A stretch of DNA of 64,000 nucleotides. Origin: a bacterium (GTDB lineage: Bacteria > UBA8248). Position 1 is the first letter of the stretch, and each line of letters begins with the position of its first letter. Location: positions 2,400,001 through 2,464,000 of the forward strand of contig OZ241875.1 of the NCBI GenBank assembly GCA_965203325.1, read 5' to 3'. The translations under genes were made by a program, and so were the position numbers. Below are positions 19,554 through 29,244 of the stretch, in pieces. The notes under the pieces were generated by a model. It was not told the origin of the DNA. It did not search any database and saw only the letters and a list, made by a program, of their open reading frames with translations.

Positions 19554-19842
19554 GACGCGCTCCTTTGCTGGGTGATGAGGCCGCCCGGTTTTCGCCGGGA
19601 CGCTCTCTATCAAATGGATGGAAACGAAAAATCATCCTAGCACTTTCGATGCGTGCGCCGGAACCGAGGGAGGTCTTTTCGCGCTCGGGATGGGTTCGAC
19701 GATAAAGGCGGCAAGTATCCACGATCCTTAGTCTCACGCCCAAAACCTGCTAAGATGCTTGGCCCGGGTAACGGCGCATGGAATCGCCGGAAGCCCGTTT
19801 TCGATCTCGTCAGGCCATCCATACGCAATCGAGGAAATGAGA

Positions 19843-21261
19843 ATGTCCACAACCGAAATCTGTGATCTCACGATTGATGACCTCTCGAAAAAAATCTCTC
19901 GCCGGGAATTATCCCCCGTTGAGATTACCGAAGTGCATCTCGCGCGGGTCGACGCGCTGAACCCGGCGGTGAACGCCTTCACCACCGTGGCGCACGAGCG
20001 CGCCCGCGCCGAGGCGAAAGCGGCCGAAGCCGAAATTATGGGAGGCAGGATTCGCGGGCCGCTGCACGGCGTGCCCATCGGCGTCAAGGACATCATCGAC
20101 ACGGCGGGCGTGCGCACCACGCAGGGGTCGAGCTTTTTCCGCGACAACGTGCCGGAAGAAGACGCCGAGTGCGTCCGCAGGCTCCACGAGGCGGGCGCCG
20201 TCATGATCGGCAAGTGCAACACGGCGGAGTTCGCCGCCGAGTCGGCGACCAAGAACCCCCACCACGGCGCGTGCCGCAACCCCTGGGACCTCACCCGCGT
20301 TCCCGCCGGTTCGAGCGGCGGTTCCGGCGCGGCAGTCGCGGCAAGAATGGCGCCCGGCACGCTCGGAACCGACACCGGAGGCTCCGTGCGGGGGCCGGCG
20401 GCGATCTGCGGCGTGGTGGGTCTCAAGCCGACCTACGGGCGCATCAGCCTGCGCGGCGTGTATCCCAACGCAACGAGCCTCGATCACGTAGGCCCCCTGA
20501 CGCGGACGGTGCGCGATTGCGCGCTGCTGCTCCAGGCGCTCGCGGGCTACGACGCGAAAGACCCATTCTCCGCCGATATGGATACGCCCGATTTCACCGC
20601 CGATCTGGAAAAGGGCGTCGGCGGCATGCGCTTCATGATTTCGTCCGATCTGATCGACGTCGAGATCGATGCGCCGATTCTGGAGGCTTTCCAAGCGGTG
20701 CTCGACGTGCTGCGCGGGCTGGGCGCCGAAATCGAAGAGGTGCGCTGCCCCTTCGCGGGAGAGATCAATCCCCACCGCCGGGCCATCGCGGACGCGGAGT
20801 TCTACCGCGTGCACGGCGAGCGCTACCACGCCCATCCGGAGGGCTACGGTCTGCGCTTGCGGGAGCGCATCGCAAACGCGGAGAAAACCACGCTTGCGAC
20901 CTATATCGACGCGCTCAACCACCGAAGGGCGATCAGCCGCCGGATGCTCGACCTCATGGAGCCTTACGACGCCATGCTCTCGCCGGGCTACCCCTGCCTC
21001 GCAGCGCCCGTCGAAACGACCACCGCGCTCGTGAACGGAAAAGAGATGGATTTCATCGGCCTGGGACGCAACCTGACGGGCGTTCAGAACTTTCTCGGCT
21101 TCCCCGGCCTGATGGTCCCCACGGGCTTCGATTCGGTTCACGGACTCCCCATGGCGATGCAGATTACGACCCGCCCCGGCGATGAGGCCCGCGGTTTCCG
21201 GGTCGGCCACGCCTATGAGGAAGCGACGCCCGAATGGCGGGGGAGAAAACCCGATCTCTAG
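19843..21261 (+). CDS. Amidase-signature family enzyme (GatA-like amidase)
   Basis: 'GPLHGVPIGVKD', 'GSSGGS', 'GTDTGGSVRGPAA.CGVVGLKPTYG'; no gatB/gatC nearby. Confidence 0.9.
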   Translation: MSTTEICDLTIDDLSKKISRRELSPVEITEVHLARVDALNPAVNAFTTVAHERARAEAKAAEAEIMGGRIRGPLHGVPIGVKDIIDTAGVRTTQGSSFFRDNVPEEDAECVRRLHEAGAVMIGKCNTAEFAAESATKNPHHGACRNPWDLTRVPAGSSGGSGAAVAARMAPGTLGTDTGGSVRGPAAICGVVGLKPTYGRISLRGVYPNATSLDHVGPLTRTVRDCALLLQALAGYDAKDPFSADMDTPDFTADLEKGVGGMRFMISSDLIDVEIDAPILEAFQAVLDVLRGLGAEIEEVRCPFAGEINPHRRAIADAEFYRVHGERYHAHPEGYGLRLRERIANAEKTTLATYIDALNHRRAISRRMLDLMEPYDAMLSPGYPCLAAPVETTTALVNGKEMDFIGLGRNLTGVQNFLGFPGLMVPTGFDSVHGLPMAMQITTRPGDEARGFRVGHAYEEATPEWRGRKPDL

Positions 21262-21429
21262 GGGTTGTCGGATAACCCCTGCAATGCCGGGATGACGAGC
21301 ACCAGCGCGTTCGGCGCGCCTTCCCCGATCCGTCAGGTCAACCGCTCCTTTTCGGGGCTTTTTCGACGTCCCCGAAACGCCCGGAGTGCGCGGCGAATAT
21401 CCGTACCGGCGCGTGGACCCGATCCTGTT

Positions 21430-21458
21430 TTGACAGCTTCGATGCGCGACCTTAATAT
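21430..21458 (+). promoter_or_regulatory. sigma70-like promoter for DUF1015-engB
   Basis: TTGACA-17 nt-TAATAT, 43 nt upstream of the GTG start. Confidence 0.55.
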
Positions 21459-21501
21459 CCCCTCGCCGCTGTTCTCATCGTTCTCATGAAAGGGGTTTTC
21501 C

Positions 21502-22815
21502 GTGGTTGAGGTAAGGGCGTTTCGCGCGCTGAGGTATTCGAACGTCGCACCCGAAGAGATGGGAGAGGTTTCCTCCCCGCCTTATGACGTCTTCACGCCT
21601 GAAATGAGGCGTTCGTTCTATGAGCGCCACCCCCTGAACATCGTGCGGCTGATTCAGGGCGAAATCCTGGAGAATGAGGACGGGGACGCGGGCCGCGTGG
21701 GACGCGCGGTCGAATATCTCGAAAACTGGCGCGCGAGCGGGGCGATGATCCTGGACGATACGCCCGCGCTCTATCCCTACCGCCAGCGCTTCGCGCTGCC
21801 CGACGGGACGCGCCTGGAGCGGAATGCGTTTTTCGCGGTCGTGAAGCTGGAACCCTACGGCGCGGGCGAAATCCACCCCCATGAGCAGACCTTCCCGAAG
21901 CCCAAGGGCTACCTGTTCGACCTGTGGGGGAGGAGCGGCGCGCACCTGGGGCCGATCTTCGGTTTTTACGACGAGCCCCGGGAGACGGCGAACAATGCCT
22001 TGAGGAGCGCGGAGAAGGGCGCGCCCATCGCCGATTTCGAAGACGACGGCGTGCGTCATACCCTGTGGCGGTGCGATGACCCGGCCGTCATCGCGCTCGC
22101 GCAGGAATCGCTTCTGGAAAAGGAGGTGTTCATCGCCGACGGACACCACCGCTACGAAACGTCCCTGGACTTGAGAGACGCCGCCCGCGCGGGGGGCGCT
22201 CCCGCAGGGGGTGAGGCGGATTACACGCTCATGTGCCTCGCCAACGTCGCGGACCCGGGCATGGTGATCCTGCCCACATACCGGCTCCTCAAAAAGGTTT
22301 CCGCGACGACGGAAGACGCTCTCGCAGTACTTGCGGAGAAATACGATATTCTGGAAGAGCCGGCGCCCGAGGCGGGAGCCTGCGGCCGGGTGGCGGAGCG
22401 TCTGTCGGCGTTATCCCAAGAAAACGGGGGAGCCAGCGTGTTTTGCCTCTATGACGGCGGCGCGAACGTGCGCTATCTCATCGGGAGGCATGACGGAGAT
22501 ACCTCCTCCGTGGAAGAGGCCGTCGCCGCCCTCGACGTGAGCCGCCTTCATGAGGAGATCGTGGACGGCGCATTCAAGGCCTCTCACGAGGAAGGGGATA
22601 TCGCCTTCACGCCGGATCCGGAACTGGCGTTCAACTCCGCGAGAAGCGGGGAGTGCGCGGCGGCCGTTTTGCTGAACCCCACTCCACTCGAGTCGGTGTG
22701 CGAGATCGCCAAGGCAGGCGGCAAGATGCCGCACAAGTCCACCTATTTCTATCCCAAGATACGCACCGGCCTCGTCGTTCACGCATTCGCTCCCCCGGCG
22801 GGGGATTCCTCCTGA
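21502..22815 (+). CDS. DUF1015 family protein
   Basis: 'RAFRALRY', 'PPYDV', 'PHEQT', 'IADGHHRYET', 'MPHKSTYFYPK'. Confidence 0.92.
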   Translation: MVEVRAFRALRYSNVAPEEMGEVSSPPYDVFTPEMRRSFYERHPLNIVRLIQGEILENEDGDAGRVGRAVEYLENWRASGAMILDDTPALYPYRQRFALPDGTRLERNAFFAVVKLEPYGAGEIHPHEQTFPKPKGYLFDLWGRSGAHLGPIFGFYDEPRETANNALRSAEKGAPIADFEDDGVRHTLWRCDDPAVIALAQESLLEKEVFIADGHHRYETSLDLRDAARAGGAPAGGEADYTLMCLANVADPGMVILPTYRLLKKVSATTEDALAVLAEKYDILEEPAPEAGACGRVAERLSALSQENGGASVFCLYDGGANVRYLIGRHDGDTSSVEEAVAALDVSRLHEEIVDGAFKASHEEGDIAFTPDPELAFNSARSGECAAAVLLNPTPLESVCEIAKAGGKMPHKSTYFYPKIRTGLVVHAFAPPAGDSS

Positions 22816-22825
22816 CGCCCCGGCC

Positions 22826-23452
22826 ATGAGAATTCAAAACGCGCGGTTCATCAAAAGCGCCGCCGAGCGTGCGGGCTGGCCGAGGGCGGAATTGCCCGAG
22901 GTCGCCTTTGCGGGAAGAAGCAACGTGGGCAAATCCTCGCTCATCAACTTCCTGACCAACCGCAAGAGCCTCGCCAAGACGAGCGCGACGCCCGGCAAGA
23001 CGCAGCTCGTCAATTTCTTCGGCGTGGACGGGCGCTTCAACCTCGTGGACTTGCCGGGCTACGGCTACGCCCGGGTGCCGCTTGCCGAGAGGGCGCGCTG
23101 GCGGCCCATGATCGAGACCTATCTCGAACACCGCGAGACGCTCCAGGGCGTGGTGGTGCTCATCGATTCGCGCCGGGGCGCACGGGAGATGGATTTACAC
23201 CTTTTAGAGTGGCTCGCGGCGGTGAACCTGCCGGCCTGTCTGGTGCTCACCAAGGCGGACAAGCTGAAACAAAACGAGCGCAAAGGCGTTCTGGACGCGC
23301 TCGTCAAGACCATGGTGGACGGCGGTGGATTGTACGGCCACTGGTCCGGGCCGATTCTCTGCAGCGCGAACACGGGGCTGGGCAAGCGGGAAATTCTCGC
23401 CCAGATGGCCGAGTGGCTGAACGAGCCGCCCCGCGACGCGCCCGCCGCCTGA
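22826..23452 (+). CDS. engB: Ribosome-associated GTP-binding protein EngB/YihA/YsxC
   Basis: 'EVAFAGRSNVGKSSLIN', 'TPGKT', 'DLPGYGYA', 'TKADK'. Confidence 0.95.
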   Translation: MRIQNARFIKSAAERAGWPRAELPEVAFAGRSNVGKSSLINFLTNRKSLAKTSATPGKTQLVNFFGVDGRFNLVDLPGYGYARVPLAERARWRPMIETYLEHRETLQGVVVLIDSRRGAREMDLHLLEWLAAVNLPACLVLTKADKLKQNERKGVLDALVKTMVDGGGLYGHWSGPILCSANTGLGKREILAQMAEWLNEPPRDAPAA

Positions 23453-23574
23453 ATTCACAAGGGAGGTTTCTCGCAGCATGCGCGCATATCTGCTAGAGTG
23501 GGCCATCGACCGCCTGAAAGAGCGATCCGACAAAAAGACAGCGCCTTCGCGCAACAAATCTTCTGAGGACGAGC

Positions 23575-24579
23575 GTGCCGGAAAAGAAAAAAGCGGCTCC
23601 GAAAGCCGCGACGAGGAAGAAAGCGGCGAAGCCAAAAGCTGACGTGCGCGGCTGGGCGCCGGGGGTTCCGAAGGAAAAGCCGAAGGGCAGAACCTATGAC
23701 GGCCCCCTGAGCGTGAACGCGAAACCCAAGCGGGCGGACCGGATTTTCTTCGGCACGGGCGGGGTCCCGCACTCCACCAAGCCGCAGACACACCCCGCCG
23801 CGGTGCGCAGACTCCACGAACTGGGCCTCGGCGTCTACGAGATGGAGTTCGTCCACGGCGTGCGCATCCGCGAGGAGACGTGCGATGAGGTGCGGGCCGC
23901 CCAGGCCGATACCGGCGTTCAGATCACCGCACACGGGCCCTACTACGTGAACCTCTATTCGCTGGAAGAAGAAAAAGTTGTGGCGAGCCGTAAGCGCGTG
24001 CTCGACACCGCGCGCGCCCTGGCGAAGTGCGGGGGCGACGGCGCTTGCTTTCATCCCGGGTTCTACCAGAAACGAGACCCCAGGGAGGTCTACGACTTCA
24101 TCTGCAACCAGATAGGAGAGCTCGCCGACATTCTGGAGGATGAAGGCTGTCCGGTTCGCCTGGACCCGGAGACGACGGGCAAGGGCACACAGTTCGGCTC
24201 GCTCGAGGAGATCGCCGACATGGGCGGCGATCTTAAAGAAAAGAATGTCGGCTTCACGATAGATTTCGCGCACATTCACGCGCGCTCGGCGGGCGCGCAC
24301 AACACGTATGACGAGTTCGGGGCGCAACTGGAGCTTCTCAAGAACAAGATGGGCGACGACGTTCTCAAAACCATGCACATCCACCTCTCGGGCATCGCGT
24401 ATTCGGACAAGGGCGAGGCGCATCACCTGGAACTCGACGAGTCGGACATGAACTACAAGGACTTGTTCCGCGCGCTCATCGATTTCGGCGTCGAAGGCCG
24501 TGTGGTGTGCGAAAGTCCTGCGCTCGAATACGACGCGCTCATCATGCAGCGAGCATACAGAAAACTGCACGGCGGCTAG
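23575..24579 (+). CDS. nfo: Endonuclease IV (AP endonuclease family 2), archaeal-like subtype with Lys/Ala-rich N-tail
   Basis: 'HGPYYVNL', 'FHPG', 'ETTGK..QFGSLEE', 'IDFAHIHAR', 'HIHLSGI....GE.HH', 'CESP'. Confidence 0.85.
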   Translation: MPEKKKAAPKAATRKKAAKPKADVRGWAPGVPKEKPKGRTYDGPLSVNAKPKRADRIFFGTGGVPHSTKPQTHPAAVRRLHELGLGVYEMEFVHGVRIREETCDEVRAAQADTGVQITAHGPYYVNLYSLEEEKVVASRKRVLDTARALAKCGGDGACFHPGFYQKRDPREVYDFICNQIGELADILEDEGCPVRLDPETTGKGTQFGSLEEIADMGGDLKEKNVGFTIDFAHIHARSAGAHNTYDEFGAQLELLKNKMGDDVLKTMHIHLSGIAYSDKGEAHHLELDESDMNYKDLFRALIDFGVEGRVVCESPALEYDALIMQRAYRKLHGG

Positions 24580-24623
24580 CCCGCGCATTCCCTAAAAAAC
24601 CGGATCGAGGAAGGAAAGACGAC

Positions 24624-25994
24624 ATGACGATTGTGGAACAGATTGCGGCGTTCGCCGCGAACACCAGTTTCGATGACCTCTCGGACGAGATGCGTACCCA
24701 GTTAAAGACCCTCATGGTCGACACCATCGGCTGCGCCATCGGCTCGCTGGGCGAAGGCCCCGTCCGCTACCTGCGCGAGCAGGCGGATGATTTCGGCGGT
24801 GCTGCGCATTGCACGCTCATCGGCGGCGGCAAGACGGCACCCGATGCCGCGGCGTTCTACAACACCTCGCTGATCCGCTATCTCGATTTCAACGACGGCT
24901 TCATGGGCAAGCTCGCCACCTCACACCCGAGCGACAACACGGGCGCCGTGATGGCGGCGGCCGAATACGCCGACGCGAGCGGGGCGGAGTTCATGACGGC
25001 CCTCGCGCTGGCGTATGAGGTGCAATGCCGCCTCTGCGACAGCGCGCCTTACGAGAAAAGGGGGTTCGACCAGCCCATGGCGGGCGCCTACGCCGTGGCG
25101 GCGGGCGCCTCTCGCGCCCTGGGGCTGGATGCGGAGAAGACGGCCAACGCGATCGCGATCAGCGGCGTGCGCCAGAACCCCCTGCTCATCACGCGCACGG
25201 GCGAGCTCTCCCACTGGAAGGGCTTCGCCTATGCGGCGGGTTGCCACACCGGTGTGCACTCGACGTTTCTGGCCATGCGCGGGGTGACGGGGCAGCTTCA
25301 GCTGATCGAGGGTCCCCTGGGCGTATTCGAGTCCGTGACGGGGGAATTCGAGGTCGACTGGTCGGACACATCCTTGCGCAAGATGCTCGAGATCAGCGTG
25401 AAGCGCTACAACGCGGGCCTCCATTCCCAGACGGCCATCGAGGGCGTCATCGGCATGAAGCGCGAGCACGGCTTCAGCCCGGAGGACATCGAAGAGGTTG
25501 AAATCGGGATTTACGAGCGCGCCTATTTCATCATGGGCGAGGGCAAGGCTGGCGCGCGCGAGCACGTGCTGAACAAGGAGACGGCGGACCACAGCCTGCC
25601 GTACGTGCTCTCCGCCGCCATCATCGACGAGCAGGTCCTGCCCGCCCAGTACGAGGAAGCGAGAATCCGCGCAGACGACGTGCAGACGCTTCTGAAAAAG
25701 GTGCGCACCACCAATTCCGATGAGATGACGGCCAGATACCCCGCGCAATCGCCCGTGCTCATCACCATCACGTTGAAAGACGGGAGCGTCCACAAGCTGG
25801 ACAAGCCCACCTGGGAGGGGCATTTCACCGCGCCGATGAGCTGGGCGACGGTGAACGAGAAGTTCGAGGCCTTGAGCGAGGCCCACGCGGACGCCTCCTT
25901 GCGCGGGGAGATCGTGGACGCCGTATCGAGGCTCGATTCGATACGTATCACGGAGCTGGCCGCCCTGCTCGAGCGGGTGAACACGCCGAGGTAG
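24624..25994 (+). CDS. MmgE/PrpD family protein
   Basis: 'DTIGCAIG', 'RYLDFND', 'HPSDN', 'GELSHWKG', 'ETADHSLPY'. Confidence 0.92.
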   Translation: MTIVEQIAAFAANTSFDDLSDEMRTQLKTLMVDTIGCAIGSLGEGPVRYLREQADDFGGAAHCTLIGGGKTAPDAAAFYNTSLIRYLDFNDGFMGKLATSHPSDNTGAVMAAAEYADASGAEFMTALALAYEVQCRLCDSAPYEKRGFDQPMAGAYAVAAGASRALGLDAEKTANAIAISGVRQNPLLITRTGELSHWKGFAYAAGCHTGVHSTFLAMRGVTGQLQLIEGPLGVFESVTGEFEVDWSDTSLRKMLEISVKRYNAGLHSQTAIEGVIGMKREHGFSPEDIEEVEIGIYERAYFIMGEGKAGAREHVLNKETADHSLPYVLSAAIIDEQVLPAQYEEARIRADDVQTLLKKVRTTNSDEMTARYPAQSPVLITITLKDGSVHKLDKPTWEGHFTAPMSWATVNEKFEALSEAHADASLRGEIVDAVSRLDSIRITELAALLERVNTPR

Positions 25995-26079
25995 CGCAAA
26001 ACACCCCCTGGAACGATATTGATCATGGAGCGCGCCCTGCCGCCGGAGCAGATTTCACAGGCTTCAAAGGAGACTTGAG

Positions 26080-26325
26080 ATGTCCGATATGGAGGTGACG
26101 GTCTATTCGTCCACGTTCTGAGCGCCGTGCAAGGCGGTGAAAGAGTTTCTTTCCCATCATGGCGTGGCGTACACGGAAAAACTCGTCGATCAGGACGAAG
26201 AGGCCCTGGAGGAACTCTTCCAGCGGGCGAACATGCGGGCCACGCCCGTCATATTCATCGGCGAGGAGAAGGTGGTCGGCTTCGACCGGGCGAAGCTCCA
26301 GGCGCTTTTGGGACTCGCCGCGTGA
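26080..26325 (+). CDS. Glutaredoxin (NrdH/YruB-like), probable selenoprotein (UxxC; TGA at 26119-26121)
   Basis: AAGGAG SD, ATG 26080: MSDMEVTVYSSTF-TGA-APCKAVKEFLSHHGVAYTEKLVD...ATPVIFIGEEKVVGFD. The TGA occupies the first Cys of the CxxC, in frame with track ORF 26137-26325. Confidence 0.9.
26122..26165 (+). promoter_or_regulatory. Putative bacterial SECIS hairpin of the glutaredoxin gene
   Basis: Lower stem GCGCCGUG/CAUGGCGU starts right after UGA; upper stem GAAAG/CUUUC with loop AGUUU; apical G-U at +24/+25. Confidence 0.65.
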
Positions 26326-26499
26326 ACGGGAGGCGAAAGTCGCTTCCCTGCCCCGGCTGAGGGTGGAGCAAGCTCAAGTGTCAAACCCCTCGCGGGCTTG
26401 GCATGGGTTGGGGGCCGGTGTTAGAATCTGCCCGGTTTTTGGGCCTGACCTATCGGTTTCATTTCTTGCTGCCTTTTCTTTTGTATCTGGAGATTCGTA

Positions 26500-27456
26500 G
26501 TGGCTAAGCGTGATTTCGAAATCATCATCATCGGAGCGGGGCCGGCCGGGCTGACGGCGGGGTTGTATACGGCGCGCTCGAAACTGAACGTGGTTTGCTA
26601 TGAAAAGCTCGCCCCGGGCGGCGAGATTCTCAACACCGAGCACGTGGAAGACTACCCGGGTTTCGAACTGGTCGGCGGCCAGGAGCTTGCGGCCAAATTC
26701 GCCGATCACGCCATGAAGTTCGGCCTCAACATCGAAATGGAAGAAGTTCAGGAGGTCAAAAAGGACGGGGATGATTTCCTCGTCACGACCGACATGGGCG
26801 TGCGCCGCTGCGGGGCGGTGATCTACACCCCCGGCGGCTATCCGAGAAAGCTCGGCATTCCGGGCGAGGAGAAATACGCCGGCAAGGGCGTGAGCTACTG
26901 CGCGCTTTGCGACGGCGCGTTCTTTCAGGATGAGGTCATCACCGTCGTGGGCGGCGGGAACAGCGCCGTGGAAGAGGGACAGTTCCTCACGAAGTTCGGC
27001 ACGAAAGTCTACATCATCCACCGCCGCGATCAATTCCGCGCCCATGCGGTGCTGGTGGACAAGATTCGCGAGAACCCGAAAGTCGAGATCATCACCGACT
27101 ATGTGGCCGAGGAAGTGGTGGGCGATGATCGGGAGATGAAGAAGCTGCGCATCAAGAACGTGAAGACCGGCGAGACGAAAGAACTCGACGCCACCGGCCT
27201 GTTCGTCTTCATCGGTTTTATTCCGAACACGGATTTGATAAAAGAGCATGTGGAGAAAGACGATGCCGGCTTCATCCTGACGGACCAGAACATGGAGACG
27301 AACGTTCCGGGCCTGTTCGTGGCCGGTGACTGCAGAAGCCAGTTAATCCGCCAGATCACCAACGCGTCGGGCGACGCGACGACGGCGGCGGTGGCGGCGG
27401 AGAAATATCTCGAAGCCCAGGAAGAGGCCAAGAAGGCCGCCGCGGCGGCTTCCTAG
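26500..27456 (+). CDS. trxB: Thioredoxin reductase
   Basis: GAGPAGLTA, 'GKGVSYCALCDG', 'GGGNSAVEE', 'HRRD', 'GLFVAGD'. Confidence 0.97.
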   Translation: MAKRDFEIIIIGAGPAGLTAGLYTARSKLNVVCYEKLAPGGEILNTEHVEDYPGFELVGGQELAAKFADHAMKFGLNIEMEEVQEVKKDGDDFLVTTDMGVRRCGAVIYTPGGYPRKLGIPGEEKYAGKGVSYCALCDGAFFQDEVITVVGGGNSAVEEGQFLTKFGTKVYIIHRRDQFRAHAVLVDKIRENPKVEIITDYVAEEVVGDDREMKKLRIKNVKTGETKELDATGLFVFIGFIPNTDLIKEHVEKDDAGFILTDQNMETNVPGLFVAGDCRSQLIRQITNASGDATTAAVAAEKYLEAQEEAKKAAAAAS

Positions 27457-27478
27457 AGCACAAGGCGAGGAGAGGGAA

Positions 27479-28033
27479 ATGGAGTTCACCAGGGGGATCC
27501 AGAAGTTCTTTCTCTGGGATATCGTGAAGGGCATGTCCGCCACGCTTCGGCACATGTTCAAAAAGCCCGTCACGCTGCAATACCCGACGGAGCGTTGGGA
27601 GCCGCCCGAGCGTTTTCGCGGATTCCTGGGCCTCACGCGCGACTTCAAGACGGGCGAGGAGCTTTGCATCGGCTGTCTGAACTGCGAGAAGGCCTGTCCG
27701 GTCGACTGCATCACCATCGTCACGGCGGGCAAGGGCCGCGAGATGTACGCCAAGGAGTTCTACATCGACTACATGCGCTGCATGTATTGCGGGCTTTGCA
27801 CGGAGGCGTGCCCCACGACGCCCAAATCCATCGTCCACACCCACCAGTACGAGACGCCCGGCTATTTCCGCGACGATCTCGTCTACGAGAAAGAGCGCCT
27901 CTACGACGTCTGGGAGAAAGAGGTGAACTACACCGGCCCCAGGCCGTGGGGCAAGCTGTTCGGCTTGAGGAACGAGGAAGCGGACATGCGGCCCGAGCCC
28001 GAGACTCCCGCCGAGACGGCACCCGCCGAATAG
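27479..28033 (+). CDS. nuoI: NADH:quinone oxidoreductase subunit I-like 2x[4Fe-4S] protein (orphan)
   Basis: 'KPVTLQYP.E....PERFRG', CIGCLNCEKACP and CMYCGLCTEACP. Confidence 0.88.
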   Translation: MEFTRGIQKFFLWDIVKGMSATLRHMFKKPVTLQYPTERWEPPERFRGFLGLTRDFKTGEELCIGCLNCEKACPVDCITIVTAGKGREMYAKEFYIDYMRCMYCGLCTEACPTTPKSIVHTHQYETPGYFRDDLVYEKERLYDVWEKEVNYTGPRPWGKLFGLRNEEADMRPEPETPAETAPAE

Positions 28034-28058
28034 CGGGTTTCTCTGGCGGAATCCTCTT

Positions 28059-29231
28059 TTGCGTCTGTTCACCGCCGATTTCGACGACATCCGCTCCGGC
28101 AAGGTGGCGGACGTCTATTTCGAGCGCACCCTCAAGATTCTCGAAGCAAAAGGCATCAGAAAAAACGTGCGCGCGGAATTCGCGGCCAAATCACTCCCCT
28201 CGGGATGGGGCGTGTTTACGGGGCTGGAGGAAATCCTGCGCTTACTCGAAGGATTCCCCGTGGACGTCCGCGCGGTGCCCGAGGGAACGGTTTTCCGGCC
28301 CTCGCAGCCGGTTCTGGAAATTACGGGAACCTACAACGATTTCTGCAGGCTGGAGACCCCTATCCTGGGGCTGATGTGCCAGGCGAGCGGGGTCGCGACC
28401 AAGGCGGCGCGGTGCCGCATCGCGGCGGAGGGCAGGCAGCTCGTGAGCTTCGGCGCGCGCAGAATTCATCCCGCCATCGCGCCGATGGTCGAGCGCGCGG
28501 CCTACGTCGGCGGCTGCGACGGCGTTGCCCTCGTCAAGGGCGCCGAGCTTCTGGAGATTCCGGCGGCGGGCACGATGCCCCACGCGCTGGTGATCCTCAT
28601 GGGCGGCCTCGTGCCTGCGGCGAAGGCGTTCGATGAGGTCATCGAGCCGGAGGTGGGCCGCGTAGCCCTTGTGGACACCTTCGGGGATGAGCGGTTCGAA
28701 ACCCTGGAGGCGGCGCGCGCGCTGACCGATCGCCTCTCGGCGGTGCGGGTGGATACGCCGGCTTCCAGACGGGGGAATATCTACCAGATTCTGGAAGAAA
28801 TCCGCTGGGAGCTCGACCGCGCGGGCTTCCCGCACGTGAAGCTCTTCGTGAGCGGGGGGCTGGACGAGCAGAAGATTCTGGAACTCAACCCCGTGGTGGA
28901 CGGCGGTTACGGCGTGGGCACGTCCGTCAGCGCCGCGGCCACGATCGATTTCTCGATGGACATCGTCGAGGTCGAAGGCGAGGCTATCGCCAAGCGCGGC
29001 AAGCAACCGGGCGCCAAGCATCTGCTGCGCTGCCGCGACTGCGAAGAGGAGCGCGTCATCCCGATGGACAAGCCCTACGGCGATTGCGCGTCGTGCGGCG
29101 GCGTGATGGAGCAACTGCTCGCAGATGTGATGAAAGGCGGCGAGCGCGCTGACTCCGCGCCTTCGGCAAAGGAGATCAGGAGCTACGTTCTGCGCCAGAT
29201 CCACCGCGTGGGCCTGGAACCATCCGCATGA
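28059..29231 (+). CDS. pncB: Nicotinate phosphoribosyltransferase (archaeal/Thermoplasma-like type, C-terminal Zn ribbon)
   Basis: 'DVYFERT', 'SFGARR.HP', 'GTMPHA', 'VRVDTP.SRRG', 'VSGGLDE', 'YGVGT', 'AKRGK', CxxC...CxxC. Confidence 0.9.
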   Translation: MRLFTADFDDIRSGKVADVYFERTLKILEAKGIRKNVRAEFAAKSLPSGWGVFTGLEEILRLLEGFPVDVRAVPEGTVFRPSQPVLEITGTYNDFCRLETPILGLMCQASGVATKAARCRIAAEGRQLVSFGARRIHPAIAPMVERAAYVGGCDGVALVKGAELLEIPAAGTMPHALVILMGGLVPAAKAFDEVIEPEVGRVALVDTFGDERFETLEAARALTDRLSAVRVDTPASRRGNIYQILEEIRWELDRAGFPHVKLFVSGGLDEQKILELNPVVDGGYGVGTSVSAAATIDFSMDIVEVEGEAIAKRGKQPGAKHLLRCRDCEEERVIPMDKPYGDCASCGGVMEQLLADVMKGGERADSAPSAKEIRSYVLRQIHRVGLEPSA

Positions 29232-29244
29232 GCACGGAAAGCGC

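Noticed and set aside
19843..21261. Amidase as gatA
   Set aside because: No gatC or gatB adjacent and GatA-specific segments are not evident; called a generic amidase.
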